From the NCBI GenBank assembly GCA_963739975.1, contig CAVUCK010000014.1, positions 77,128 to 141,127 of the forward strand: a DNA stretch of 64,000 nucleotides, read 5' to 3'. Position numbers and translations under genes: made by a program. Source of the DNA: an uncultured Acidimicrobiia bacterium (lineage in GTDB: Bacteria; Actinomycetota; Acidimicrobiia; Acidimicrobiales; Ilumatobacteraceae). The stretch's first letter is position 1, and the number at the start of each line of letters is the position of its first letter. The notes beneath the pieces were generated by a model. The model saw only the letters and a list, made by a program, of their open reading frames with translations, was not told the DNA's origin and did no database searches. Below are positions 1 to 9,671 of the stretch, piece by piece.

Positions 1-1320
1 GGTGACCTTCGGCCACCAGAAGTAGATCGCCGCGAAGAGGGCGAAGACCACCGTGCCCCCCATCACGTAGTGGAAGTGGGCGACCACGAAGTACGTGTCG
101 TTGAGGTGGAAGTCCAGCGTCGGTGACGCCAGGATCACGCCCGTCACGCCGCCGGCGACGAACGTGACCAGGAAGCCCACCGAGAAGAGCATCGGCGCTT
201 CCCAACTGATCGAGCCGCCCCACATCGTGCCGATCCAGTTGAACACCTTCACGCCGGTCGGCACGGCGATGAGGAACGACGTGGCGGCGAAGAACGGCAG
301 CACCACGGCGCCGGTGACGAACATGTGGTGGGCCCACACCGACGTCGACAGCGCCGAGATGGTGATCGTTGCCAGGACGAGGCCCTTGTACCCGAAGACC
401 GGGCGGCGGGCGAACACCGGGAAGATCTCCGTGACCACGCCGAAGAACGGCAGGGCCACGATGTACACCTCGGGGTGGCCGAAGAACCAGAACAGGTGCT
501 GGTAGAGGATCGGCGACCCCCCGGCACCGGGGTCGTAGAAGTGGGTGCCGAATCGTCGGTCGGCCTCGAGCATCACCAGCGCGCCGGACAGCACCGGGAA
601 CGCCACGAGGACCATGAAGCTGGTCAGGAACACGTTCCAGGACAGGATCGGCATGCGGAACATGGTCATGCCGGGTGCCCGCATCATCGTGATGGTGGTG
701 ATGATGTTGATCGCGCTCAGCGTGCCCGACGTGCCCGTGAGGATCAGCGCCACGATCCACAGGTCGGCGCCGAGGCCGGGCGATCCGACGGGACCGGACA
801 GCGGCGGGTAGCCGTACCAGCCGAAGGCGGCGGCGCCCCCGTCGGTCAGGAACCCGGCGAGCATGATCACGCCGCCGAACAGGTACAGCCAGTACGACAG
901 GGCGTTGAGGCGGGGGAAGGCCAGGTCGGGGGCGCCGATCTGCAGCGGCACGAGGTAGTTGGCGAGAGCGAACCCGAACGGCACGGCGAACAGGAACACC
1001 ATGACGCTGCCGTGGATCGTGAAGACCTGGTTGTAGAAGCCCTCGTCGATGAACTGCTCGCCGGGCTGGGCCAGCTCGGCCCGGATGACCCCGGCAAGGG
1101 CGCCGCCGATGGCCAGGAAGACGAGCGCGGTGACGGCGTAGGCGACGCCGATCGCCTTGTGGTCGGTGGTCGTCAGCCAGCCGACGAGCGTGCGGGGCAG
1201 TCCCTTGTGCTCTGCCCCGCCGTCCTCGTCGTGGCCGTCACCGATGAAGTCGTCGATCTCGAACAGCTCGGCGTCGCCGCCCGTCTCGGAGGTCCGCGGT
1301 CGCGGATCGATCGTCGTCAC
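1..1320 (-). CDS. ctaD: cytochrome c oxidase (aa3-type) subunit I; C-terminus lies beyond the window
   Basis: Not in the ORF track because it runs off the left edge. My reverse translation of 1320->1 is an open 440-codon frame: [12 protein letters not shown]...[14 protein letters not shown]...[19 protein letters not shown]...[10 protein letters not shown]...[29 protein letters not shown]. These are the COX1 histidine motifs. The GTG at 1320 sits 4 nt after GGAGGT. Confidence 0.9.
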   Translation of the reverse strand, partial: MTTIDPRPRTSETGGDAELFEIDDFIGDGHDEDGGAEHKGLPRTLVGWLTTTDHKAIGVAYAVTALVFLAIGGALAGVIRAELAQPGEQFIDEGFYNQVFTIHGSVMVFLFAVPFGFALANYLVPLQIGAPDLAFPRLNALSYWLYLFGGVIMLAGFLTDGGAAAFGWYGYPPLSGPVGSPGLGADLWIVALILTGTSGTLSAINIITTITMMRAPGMTMFRMPILSWNVFLTSFMVLVAFPVLSGALVMLEADRRFGTHFYDPGAGGSPILYQHLFWFFGHPEVYIVALPFFGVVTEIFPVFARRPVFGYKGLVLATITISALSTSVWAHHMFVTGAVVLPFFAATSFLIAVPTGVKVFNWIGTMWGGSISWEAPMLFSVGFLVTFVAGGVTGVILASPTLDFHLNDTYFVVAHFHYVMGGTVVFALFAAIYFWWPKVT

Positions 1321-1410
1321 GTCGACCTCCGGCGCCGGCCTGCGTGGCCGGGGAACGCAGTGATCGTCACGTCGACCTCCGGCGCCGGCCTGCGTGGCCG
1401 GGGAACGCAC
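1311..1410. repeat. head-to-tail 50-bp tandem duplication of the ctaD translation-initiation region
   Basis: 1314-1359 is identical to 1364-1409 (46 consecutive nt, TCGTCACGTCGACCTCCGGCGCCGGCCTGCGTGGCCGGGGAACGCA) with a period of exactly 50. Each copy carries GGAGGT-N4-GTG on the minus strand. Confidence 0.85.
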
Positions 1411-1416
1411 TGAACG

Positions 1417-2088
1417 TCACTGTTCGCCCCCGTTGTCGGCGACCCACTGGGCGAACTCCTCGGGCGTGACGACGCGCAGGTCGAAATACATCTTGTGGTG
1501 GTCGAGGCCGCAGAACTCGGCACACACGCCGCCGGCCGGCCAGGCCCCCGTCCGCTCGTTCATGTCGACGTCGATGGTGCCGACCTCGTTGGGGAACATG
1601 TCCCGCTTGTACCGGAACCCCGGGATCCAGAAGGAGTGGATCACGTCCACGGAGGTGACGTTGAAGCGCACGGTCGACGACGCCGGGAGCACGAGCTCGG
1701 GGATGTCCTGCTCGGTCCCGTTGACCACGACCCCCGACTCGGGGTACTCGAACCGCCACTGCCAGCGGAAGCCGATGACGTCGACGACCAGGTCGACATC
1801 GGCGTCGGACTCGGCCTCGGCGTCCACAGAGCGGACGGTGATGAACGTGATGACGAACAGCGCCAGCACGATCAGCAACGGGATGACGGTGTAGGTCAGC
1901 TCGAACGGGATGTTCTCGCGCACCTGGCGGGGCAGCCGGTCGCTGCGCCTGCGGAACCGGATGAGGATCACCACGACGAGCACGGTGACGAGGGCGAAGA
2001 CGGCGACGGCACCGATCAGGAAGATGTTCCAGACGCCGTCGATCTCCTCGGCCTGTTCGGTCAGCGGCTCAGGCAACTTGATCATCAT
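1417..2088 (-). CDS. ctaC: cytochrome c oxidase subunit II
   Basis: C-terminal 223 codons of ORF 1417..2988. The sequence MMIKLPEP has two TM helices, then the CuA centre HSFWIPGF...CAEFCGLDHHKM. The ATG at 2088 overlaps the qcrB stop (ATGA). Confidence 0.9.
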   Translation of the reverse strand: MMIKLPEPLTEQAEEIDGVWNIFLIGAVAVFALVTVLVVVILIRFRRRSDRLPRQVRENIPFELTYTVIPLLIVLALFVITFITVRSVDAEAESDADVDLVVDVIGFRWQWRFEYPESGVVVNGTEQDIPELVLPASSTVRFNVTSVDVIHSFWIPGFRYKRDMFPNEVGTIDVDMNERTGAWPAGGVCAEFCGLDHHKMYFDLRVVTPEEFAQWVADNGGEQ

Positions 2089-3635
2089 TCGCCGACCGGT
2101 CCTGCGGTCAGGCGCTCGTCCAGCGCGTCGTCGACGTCGTCGGCGTCGTCGGTGCGCTCGCCATCGGCGTCGATGGCCGACTCGCCGACGCCGTGGTAGC
2201 CGCCGCCCGAGTCGCGGACCACGACTCCGGCCCGCTCGGTGCGCTCGGGGCCTTCGCGACGGCGAAGCGCGGCGCACAGCTGGTACGCCGTCCAGTAGGC
2301 GATGGGCGGGCCGACCAGGGCGGCGATCTGGAGGACCGTGGTGATGTTGCCGATCGAGATGCCGAGCGTCCCGGCGATGACGTCCTGTGATCCGCCGAGG
2401 AACAGGACGGCGACGAACGTGATCGCCGCCGCGCCGGCAGCGGTGCGGTGCGGTGCGTCGCGCGGGCGGTCGAGCAGGTGGTGCTCCCGGTCGACCTCGC
2501 GCTTGTCCTTCGTCAACCGGCGCTCGATCCACGGGACGAGCAGCAACCCGGTGAAGACGATGCCGGGGATCAGGACCGCGGAGTAGATCAGGTTGTTGAT
2601 CATGAACCCGAAGGCCCGCGTCTCCCAGGGCGGGAACAGGCGAAGGGACCCCTCGAGGAAGCCGATGTACCAGTCCGGTTGGGAGTACGAGGTGGCGGCG
2701 CCGACGTCGTAGGGCCCGTACAGCCAGACCGCGTTGACCTCGAACAGCGCCCCCATCGCGGCGATCACCCCGGCGACGAGGAACATCAGCCCGATCGACT
2801 TCATGGCGAACGTGGGCCAGATCCGTTCGCCGATCACGTTGTGCTCGGTCGCCTCGCGGGAGCGGAACTGGGTGTGCTTCTGGCGCCACACGAGCGCAAG
2901 GTGCACGGCGAGCAGGGCGACGATGGCCGCCGGGATGAGCAGGATGTGGACCGGGTACAGCCGGCCGATGATGTCGGTGCCGGGCCACTCGCCGCCGAAG
3001 ATCAGGTAGGTGGCCCGCTCACCGATCAGCGGCAGGGCGAGGATGATCGCCTGGGTGATCCGCAGGCCGGTGCCCGACAGCAGGTCGTCGGGCAGCGAGT
3101 AGCCGGTGAAGCCGGCGGCCAGCGCCAGCAGCAGCAGCAACACGCCGACCACCCAGTTGATCTCCCTCGGCCGCCGGAAGGCGCCGGTGAAGAAGACCCG
3201 CGCCATGTGCAGGGCGATGGCGCCGACGAACACGAGCGCCGCCCAGTGGTGCATCTGGCGGATCAGCAACCCGCCCTTCACGTCGAACGAGATGCGCAGG
3301 ACGGACTCGTAGGCGCCGGACACCTCGACGCCGCGCAGCGGGGCGTACGAGCCGTCGTAGACGACCGTCTGCTGCGTCCCCTCGAAGAAGAACGTCAGGT
3401 ACGTGCCGGTGATCAGCAGCACGACGAAGCAGTAGAGGGCGATCTCGCCCCACAGGAACGAGAAGTGGTGGGGGAAGACCTTGCGCAGCGCCTTGTGCAG
3501 CCCGGACCCGGCGCCGACCCGGCCGGCGATCGAGTCGACGTACCGCTCGACCAGCCCGCGCCGCTTCGTTCTGGTAGTAGCAACCGGCTGCTGTGAGCCG
3601 GTTGCTTCGGCCAGAACGGGGTCTTCGGCGCTCAT
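2085..3635 (-). CDS. qcrB: cytochrome bc1 complex cytochrome b subunit
   Basis: ORF 2085..3662 trimmed to ATG 3635, which overlaps the qcrA stop (ATGA). Motifs seen: FSFLWGEIALYCF, RQMHHWAA, VHILLIP, and SQPDWY (the PEWY-equivalent loop). It has the long C-terminal extension typical of actinobacterial QcrB. Confidence 0.9.
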   Translation of the reverse strand: MSAEDPVLAEATGSQQPVATTRTKRRGLVERYVDSIAGRVGAGSGLHKALRKVFPHHFSFLWGEIALYCFVVLLITGTYLTFFFEGTQQTVVYDGSYAPLRGVEVSGAYESVLRISFDVKGGLLIRQMHHWAALVFVGAIALHMARVFFTGAFRRPREINWVVGVLLLLLALAAGFTGYSLPDDLLSGTGLRITQAIILALPLIGERATYLIFGGEWPGTDIIGRLYPVHILLIPAAIVALLAVHLALVWRQKHTQFRSREATEHNVIGERIWPTFAMKSIGLMFLVAGVIAAMGALFEVNAVWLYGPYDVGAATSYSQPDWYIGFLEGSLRLFPPWETRAFGFMINNLIYSAVLIPGIVFTGLLLVPWIERRLTKDKREVDREHHLLDRPRDAPHRTAAGAAAITFVAVLFLGGSQDVIAGTLGISIGNITTVLQIAALVGPPIAYWTAYQLCAALRRREGPERTERAGVVVRDSGGGYHGVGESAIDADGERTDDADDVDDALDERLTAGPVGE

Positions 3636-4561
3636 GCCTCGAACTCGTCCGCTTCGTTCCACGCCAGCGGACCGACCACGCCGGTGAACTCGCCCTTGGC
3701 GACGAGGAAGCCCTCAGCGTCGACCTCGATGGCCAGCTGCGGCAGCGGGCGCGGCGCCGGGCCACCGACCGGCCGGGCGCTGTCCAGCGGGTCGAACACG
3801 GACTGGTGGCACGGGCACACGAGCTGGCGCAGCGTGTCGGGAGCGCGGTTGTCGACACCGAGCAGCCCGACCGAGCAGCCGGCGTGGGTGCAGATCTTCG
3901 AGTAGGCGACCCACCCGTCGACGGCGCCACGCTCGACGGTGCGGGTGGTGAGGAGGTCGGGCGGCAGGCGCAGCAGGACGACCTGGGAGTCGTCGACACC
4001 GATGGCGCCCTCCGGGAACACGGTGATCAGCTGGTCGAAGGTGCCGGCCGCGCTCTCGACGGGTTCCCCCTCGCTGGTCACCAGTCGAGACCCGGCCCGC
4101 CACGACGTGCGTCCCCGCTCGCCGCGCGGGCGGGGGCCGAGCGAGCCGATCGGCCCGACGAAGCCGACGATCATGCTGACGAACGACACGCCCAGCAGCC
4201 CGACGAGCAGCTTGCGCCGCCCGACGGTCTCGCGGGTCAGCTCGAGCTCCTCCTCGAGGCCCTGGACATCCTCGGGCGTCATGGTGAGACGCTCGCGCTG
4301 CTGCACGGCGTGCTCGTCGAGGTCGAGGAACTTGGCCCACGAGACGAGACCGAAGCCGATGCCGCCGAGCGCCGCGGCGAGGCCGAGGCCGAGCAGCAGG
4401 TCGGTCTGCTCGGTGGCGTAGGCGACGGCGGCGGTGATGCCGCCGGCGACGGCGATCACGAAGGCAACGATCGCTGCCCGCTCGGCCCGCTTGTTGGCCG
4501 GCCGGCCGGTGCGGAAGTCGTCCGGCGCCTCCTGGTCGCGACGCTCAGTCGCCGAACTCAC
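3632..4561 (-). CDS. qcrA: cytochrome bc1 complex Rieske iron-sulfur subunit
   Basis: ORF 3632..4675. Rieske boxes CTHAGCSV and CPCHQSVF follow N-terminal TM helices. The start was set to GTG 4561, which overlaps the qcrC stop (GTGA); the ORF-track N-terminus upstream of it is Arg-rich junk. Confidence 0.85.
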   Translation of the reverse strand: MSSATERRDQEAPDDFRTGRPANKRAERAAIVAFVIAVAGGITAAVAYATEQTDLLLGLGLAAALGGIGFGLVSWAKFLDLDEHAVQQRERLTMTPEDVQGLEEELELTRETVGRRKLLVGLLGVSFVSMIVGFVGPIGSLGPRPRGERGRTSWRAGSRLVTSEGEPVESAAGTFDQLITVFPEGAIGVDDSQVVLLRLPPDLLTTRTVERGAVDGWVAYSKICTHAGCSVGLLGVDNRAPDTLRQLVCPCHQSVFDPLDSARPVGGPAPRPLPQLAIEVDAEGFLVAKGEFTGVVGPLAWNEADEFEA

Positions 4562-5379
4562 GTCACCACCTCGCCGTGTTCGTCGACGGGCGGGTTGGCG
4601 CCAACGTCTCGGCCTTCGTGCGCCGAGCCGATCCAGCGGGTCAGCGCGACGAGCGGCAGCAGCGCCAGCAGCCACGCCGCCAGCCCTTCGCCGACCGGCC
4701 CGACGCCGCCGAAGTCGCGCAGCTCGACCTCGCGGTTGCGCTCCTGGAGGTCGACGATGTATGCCGCCAGGTCGTTGCGATCCTGGTCGGTGAGGTCACC
4801 GAACACCGGCATGGCGCCTGGTCCGATCAGGACGGCCTCGCCGATCTCGGTGGGCGTCGACTCCATCAGCGACGGCGCGGCCCGGCCGCCGCCGATCGCC
4901 GCCCCGGCCAGCGACGCGGTGTGGCAGGCCGCGCAGTTGAGCCGGTAGATCTCGCCGCCGGCGCCGAGGTCCCCGGCGGCGATGTCGACGTCCGGGATCG
5001 CCGGCCCCTCGCCGAACGCTCCGGCGTACGCCACCAGGGCCACGATCTCCTCCTCGGAGAACTGCACCGGGCCGCGGCTGGTCTGCATGTTCGGCTCGGC
5101 CATCGGCATGCGGCCGGTGCGCAGGACGAAGTCGACCGACGCTTCGCCCTCCGCTTGCAGCGTCGGGCCGCGTCCCTCGACGCCCTCACCTTGCAGTCCG
5201 TGGCAGCTGGTGCAGTGCGTGCGGTACAGCGTGCGGCCGAGGTCCGTGGGTGCGGCGGCGGGCGTGGCGGCCGTCGGGTCGTGAGCCGGACGGTCGTCGG
5301 CCGACACGGCGAACGACGTGGCGCCGGCCGCCGCGGCAGCGGCCAGCGGCAGTGCGACGGCGACGTGGCGGAGCTTCAC
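4558..5379 (-). CDS. qcrC: diheme cytochrome c subunit of the bc1 complex
   Basis: C-terminal 273 codons of ORF 4558..5982. Two heme-c sites (CTSCH and CAACH) and a C-terminal TM anchor (LAAWLLALLPLVAL). GTG 5379 overlaps the ctaE stop (GTGA). Confidence 0.85.
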   Translation of the reverse strand: MKLRHVAVALPLAAAAAAGATSFAVSADDRPAHDPTAATPAAAPTDLGRTLYRTHCTSCHGLQGEGVEGRGPTLQAEGEASVDFVLRTGRMPMAEPNMQTSRGPVQFSEEEIVALVAYAGAFGEGPAIPDVDIAAGDLGAGGEIYRLNCAACHTASLAGAAIGGGRAAPSLMESTPTEIGEAVLIGPGAMPVFGDLTDQDRNDLAAYIVDLQERNREVELRDFGGVGPVGEGLAAWLLALLPLVALTRWIGSAHEGRDVGANPPVDEHGEVVT

Positions 5380-5975
5380 CGGATGACCCAGATCGTGGCG
5401 AAGAGGAACAACCAGATGACGTCGACGAGGTGCCAGAAGAGCGAGACGCCGCCGGTCCAGGTGGCGATCGCCGCAGGGCGGTTGGTGCGGGCGGAGCGGA
5501 CGAACAGCAGGGCCATGGCGATCAGTCCGGCCGACACGTGGGCCGAGTGCAGCCCTGTGAGCAGCCAGTAGGTCGAGCCGTACGGGTGGTCGTCGGCGGT
5601 GAACGGCAGCGTGGCGTACTCGCCGAACTGGTTGGCGAGGAAGGCCGCGCCGAGGGCGATCGTGATCAGCAACCAGCGCCGTTGCTGGCCGGCGTCCTCG
5701 CGCTCGGCGGCACGATCGGACGCGACGAGCGTGAACGAGGAGGCGACCAGCACGGCGGTGAAGATCCCCGCCCGCAGCGTGTCGAGCTCGACGCCCTCGG
5801 GCGGCCACGGCTGGTTGCTGGCGCGCAGCAGGAAGTAGGCGGCGAAGAACGGCGCGAACAACATGACGTCCGACGCCAGGAAGACGATGACGCCGAACTG
5901 TCCGGTCGACCGCATCGACGCCAGCGAGCTGTGCGAGCCGGTCGCCGGCGGCGCGGTCGACGCGAGGTCGGACAC
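5376..5975 (-). CDS. ctaE: cytochrome c oxidase subunit III
   Basis: ORF 5376..5975 with a GTG start. It has the multi-TM COX3 pattern: GVIVFLASDVMLFAPFFAAYF, YWLLTGLHSAHV, FWHLVDVIW. Confidence 0.85.
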   Translation of the reverse strand: MSDLASTAPPATGSHSSLASMRSTGQFGVIVFLASDVMLFAPFFAAYFLLRASNQPWPPEGVELDTLRAGIFTAVLVASSFTLVASDRAAEREDAGQQRRWLLITIALGAAFLANQFGEYATLPFTADDHPYGSTYWLLTGLHSAHVSAGLIAMALLFVRSARTNRPAAIATWTGGVSLFWHLVDVIWLFLFATIWVIR

Positions 5976-6112
5976 GGGACATTTCTACCCCAGGGCGCCG
6001 GCGCCGGCCGTTTCTCGCGCCGACATCGAGGTGTCCCCGCAGAAGTAGACATCAGATGTCCACTTCAATGGCGCATGCTGATCGTGTCCTCGACGACGAA
6101 CGGAGACCGACC

Positions 6113-6694
6113 ATGCCCGGACAGGCCCCGCCCCTCACCGACGAGCGAGAGCTGCTGTTGGCGTACATCGCCCAGCAGCGTGACGGGATCAAGAACGCCG
6201 CCTACGGCCTGACCGACGAGCAGGCGCGGCAGACGCCCACGGCGGGTGCGCTGAGCATCGGCGGGCTCGTCACCCACGTCACGGCGATGGAGCGCGGCTG
6301 GATCGATGTGGTGCTCCAGCGAGCCGGCGGCGGCGCCGAGGAGTACGAGGAGGGCTTCCGACTCGGGCCGGACCAGTCGCTGGCCGATGCCCTGGCCGAG
6401 CTCGACGCTGTGGCGGCGAGCACCGAGCAGGTCGTCCGGGGCATGTCGCTCGACGCGCCGGTCCCGGTGCCCAAGGGCGTGCCGTGGTACCCCGACGATG
6501 TGGATGCGTGGTCGCTGCGCTGGGTGCTCCTGCACCTGATCGAGGAGATCGGTCGCCACGCCGGCCACGCCGACATCGTGCGGGAATCGATCGACGGGGC
6601 CACGATGTACGAGCTGCTGGCGGCCGTCGAGGGGTGGCCGGCGACGGACTGGCTGCAGCCGTGGACGCCACCCGATGGTCCGGTGCCGTCGTGA
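6113..6694 (+). CDS. DinB/DUF664 family (mycothiol-transferase-like) protein
   Basis: ORF 6056..6694. I prefer ATG 6113, which is preceded by GGAG 8 nt upstream. The C-terminal motif WVLLHLIEEIGRHAGHADIVRESIDG is typical of DUF664/DinB four-helix proteins. Confidence 0.7.
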   Translation: MPGQAPPLTDERELLLAYIAQQRDGIKNAAYGLTDEQARQTPTAGALSIGGLVTHVTAMERGWIDVVLQRAGGGAEEYEEGFRLGPDQSLADALAELDAVAASTEQVVRGMSLDAPVPVPKGVPWYPDDVDAWSLRWVLLHLIEEIGRHAGHADIVRESIDGATMYELLAAVEGWPATDWLQPWTPPDGPVPS

Positions 6695-7560
6695 CGGCCC
6701 GGGCCGGGTACCCCGCCGGGGTGCCGTGCTGGATCGACGTGGAGCCGCCGGACGTCGACGCAGCGATCGACTTCTACGGCGGGGTGTTCGGTTGGACGTT
6801 CGAGGACCGCCGGCCGGCCGGGGCGAGGTCGGCCGACCGGTACGCCATCGCCTCGCTCGACGGGCTGGCGGTGGCCGGTGTCGGCGTGCCGCGCGACGGG
6901 ACCGTGGCGGCGACGTCGGGTCCGCCAACGTGGAACACCTACGTCGCGGTCGACGATGCCGACGGCGTCGCCGCGACGGCCTGGCGATCCGGCGGACGTG
7001 TGCTCCAGCCGCCGACCGACGTCGTCCCTGCCGGGCGGACGGCGGTCATCGCCGACCCGGCGGGCGCCGCGATGCGCCTCTGGCAGGCCGGCACCAACCG
7101 AGGAGCGCAGGTCGTCAACGCTGACGGCACCTGGAACTGGAGCAACCTGGCCGTCGCCGAACCGGCGGCCGTGGGCGACTTCTACCGCACCGTGTTCGGG
7201 TGGGAGCTGGTCGCCGTCGACGTCGGCGGCGACGAGGCCCTCATGGTGTGTCGGCCCGGCTACGGCGACCTCCTGGCCGAGCTGGAGCCGGGCATCCGGG
7301 AACGTCAGGACGAATCGGGCGCCCCACCCGGCTTCGCCGACGCAGTGGCGTGGGTCGAGCAGGTCCCGGCCGGCTCACCGGCGACGTGGCGGATCGTCTT
7401 CGCCGTCGCCGACACCGACGCCACCGTGCGACGAGCCGTCGAGCTCGGCGGCGAGGTGCGCGTCGAGCCGTCCGACGCCGGCCCCGTTCGAGTCGCCGTG
7501 CTGGCCGACGATCAGGGCACGGAGTTCACCGTGAGCCACTTCGACCCGTCGCTGCTCTGA
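6691..7560 (+). CDS. two-domain VOC (glyoxalase/bleomycin-resistance fold) protein
   Basis: Tail of ORF 6484..7560. GTG 6691 overlaps the upstream stop (GTGA). There are two repeats of the VOC start motif: GVPCWIDV...FYGGVFGW and WSNLAV...FYRTVFGWE. Confidence 0.7.
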   Translation: MTARAGYPAGVPCWIDVEPPDVDAAIDFYGGVFGWTFEDRRPAGARSADRYAIASLDGLAVAGVGVPRDGTVAATSGPPTWNTYVAVDDADGVAATAWRSGGRVLQPPTDVVPAGRTAVIADPAGAAMRLWQAGTNRGAQVVNADGTWNWSNLAVAEPAAVGDFYRTVFGWELVAVDVGGDEALMVCRPGYGDLLAELEPGIRERQDESGAPPGFADAVAWVEQVPAGSPATWRIVFAVADTDATVRRAVELGGEVRVEPSDAGPVRVAVLADDQGTEFTVSHFDPSLL

Positions 7561-7586
7561 GCGCCACGATCCGGCGGCACGACGAC

Positions 7587-8180
7587 TCATCGCGCCGGAC
7601 GAAGCTCCAGACGCATGACTGGACGGCTCGGGGAGGTCCGGCCGATCTCGGCGAAGCCGGCGGCGACGAACGACCGCATGGTGCCGGTGAAGAGCGCCGA
7701 GCCACTGACCCGGTCCGCTTTCAAGGCATCCGCATCGACCGGATGACCCTCCACGGCAGTCGCGCCGTGACGACGGGCGTGGGCGACGGCCGCATCGAGC
7801 AACGCCGTCGCGACCCCGATCGAGCGGTAGCGCTGATCGACGGCGAAGCACGTGACCCACCAGACTCCAGGGTCGCCGGTGAGCACGCGACGCAACGCCC
7901 GATTCGCCAGCACGCCGGGGACGGTGGAACGAGGCACCACCCTCGTCCAACCGGCTGGCGTCCCATCGACGTAGGCGATCAACCCGGGCGGCACCTGCGC
8001 CGAGGAGATCTCGCGGTGCAGCGCATCGCGGTTGTTGGCGGGATCGATGCCCTCGTGCCCGCCGGCGTCGAGGAACCGCCGGCACCAGCACCACGTCGGA
8101 TCGTCGCCTCGGCGCCCGAACACCGTGACGACGTCGTCCCAGCGCTCGGACGTCGCGGGTTGTGTGGTCACGGTCACCAT
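7587..8180 (-). CDS. GNAT family N-acetyltransferase
   Basis: ORF 7587..8483 trimmed to ATG 8180 (MVTVTTQP); the upstream part is an Arg-rich shadow. Acetyl-CoA motif-A-like segment: VDQRYRSIGVATALLDAAVAHARRHG. Confidence 0.7.
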   Translation of the reverse strand: MVTVTTQPATSERWDDVVTVFGRRGDDPTWCWCRRFLDAGGHEGIDPANNRDALHREISSAQVPPGLIAYVDGTPAGWTRVVPRSTVPGVLANRALRRVLTGDPGVWWVTCFAVDQRYRSIGVATALLDAAVAHARRHGATAVEGHPVDADALKADRVSGSALFTGTMRSFVAAGFAEIGRTSPSRPVMRLELRPAR

Positions 8181-8278
8181 GGCCCTCCCCACACCTTCTC
8201 TTTCTCCCGCCGACAGCTTCGCACCGAGCACGTCAGCATGACCCCGTGCGTCGGCGAACTTGCCGATCGCCACCGGTG

Positions 8279-8307
8279 TTGACGTGGAGACACTTGTTCG
8301 ATATACT
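8279..8307 (+). promoter_or_regulatory. candidate sigma-70-type promoter (TTGACG-N17-TATACT)
   Basis: TTGACG at 8279-8284, a 17-nt spacer, then TATACT at 8302-8307. It lies in a locally AT-richer patch just upstream of the DUF222-HNH gene. Prediction rests on the sequence pattern only. Confidence 0.35.
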
Positions 8308-8332
8308 GATCGCATGTTTGCGAAGGCCGGTC

Positions 8333-9611
8333 GTGGAAGAGGTCCACCACCTCGCCAGCGCCGACGTCGCCGCCGCTGACGGCTCAGAACTGGCGACGCT
8401 GGTCGCAGCCTGCGGGCGGGTCCGAGCCTGGCTCGACGCCGTCGACGTGCGCATCGCCCAACGCGCCGCCCAGCTCGCCGCATCAGGCGTTGCGCCGTGC
8501 GCCTCCGACGTGGTCGCCGACGGCGGCCGCCGCTCGGGGCGCGAAGCAGGCGCCGTGGCCCGCCGCGCCGGGGCCTGCGACCTGCTGCCCGACGTCCACA
8601 CCGCCCTGTCCAACGGTGAGCTGTCAGCAGGACACGTCGACGCCATCGCCCGCACCGCCGCCGCCCTCGACGGCACCGGCCGCAGCGAGCTCGCCGCCCT
8701 GCAACCGGCGCTGGTCGCCAAAGCAGCCAACTCGTCCGTCGAAGCGTTCAGCCGGGAGATGGCCCGCCTGGAACGGATCCTGGTCCCGCGACGACGGCCT
8801 GTCCACACAGCAACGCAACCGTCGCCACCGCAACGTGCGCCGCTGGGTCGACCGCACCACCGGGATGTGCCACACCCACCTCCAACTCGACGCCGAGACC
8901 GACGCCAAAGTCGCTGCCGCATTGGACGCCGCCGTCGCCGCCTCCAAACCACGACACCAGGACCCCGACCTGACGTTCGACCAGTTGCAAGCCGACACCC
9001 TCGTCGAGCTGATCACCCGCCCCGACAACGCCACGTCATCGACCGACAGCCGGCCGGTGCCGGAGATCATCGTCCTCATCGACCTCGCCACGCTGCAGCA
9101 CGGCCTCCACGACCACGGCGTCGCCGAGACCGCCGACGGCAACCCGCTCCCGGCCGACACGATCCGGCGGATGTGCTGCAACGCCGACATCATCCCCGTC
9201 ACCCTCGACACCGACGGCGTCGCCGTCGACATCGGCCGCCAACGCCGCGTCGCCACCCGCCACCAACGACGAGCGCTGCGAGCCATGCACACCTCGTGTG
9301 CCTACCCCAGCTGCACCGTCCGGTTCGACAACTGCCAGATCCACCACGTCAAACCGTGGGAACACGGCGGCCAAACCGACCTTCGCAACCTGCTCCCCCT
9401 CTGCTCGACCCATCACCACCTCGTCCACGAAGGCCGCTGGACCCTCACCCTGACTCCCGACCGCACGATCGTGCTGCGCCGCCCCGACGGCACGGTCCAC
9501 TACACCGGCACCACCATCACCCGAGCCCCCGGCGGCCTCAGCGAGACCCCCACCCACTTGAGAAGCGCGGCGCAACGAGCTCGAGCCCGAGCCCGAGCAC
9601 CAGCCGCATGA
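8333..9611 (+). CDS. DUF222 + HNH endonuclease (REP13E12-like) protein; apparent +1 frameshift near 8782
   Basis: The N-terminal part is in the frame of ORF 8162..9628 (...SAGHVDAIARTAAAL...FSREMARLERIL). The remainder is in the frame of ORF 8490..9611 (SRDDGLSTQQRNRRHRNVRRWVDRTTGM...CAYPSCTVRFDNCQIHHVKPWEHGGQTDLRNLLPLCSTHHHLVH). One surplus G at 8782/8783 separates them. The start (GTG 8333 or TTG 8318) is uncertain. Confidence 0.7.
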
Positions 9612-9671
9612 CCCCGCCCGCGCTCTAGTGTCCGACGGTCCCTGCGGTCAGCCGACGAGGAGCCCTGCACC

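Noticed and set aside
6045-6063. Near-palindrome GTAGACAT-CAG-ATGTCCAC in the divergent ctaE / DinB intergenic region, considered as an operator
   Set aside because: It has one mismatch, occurs only once and has no second half-site elsewhere in the window. That is too weak to call.
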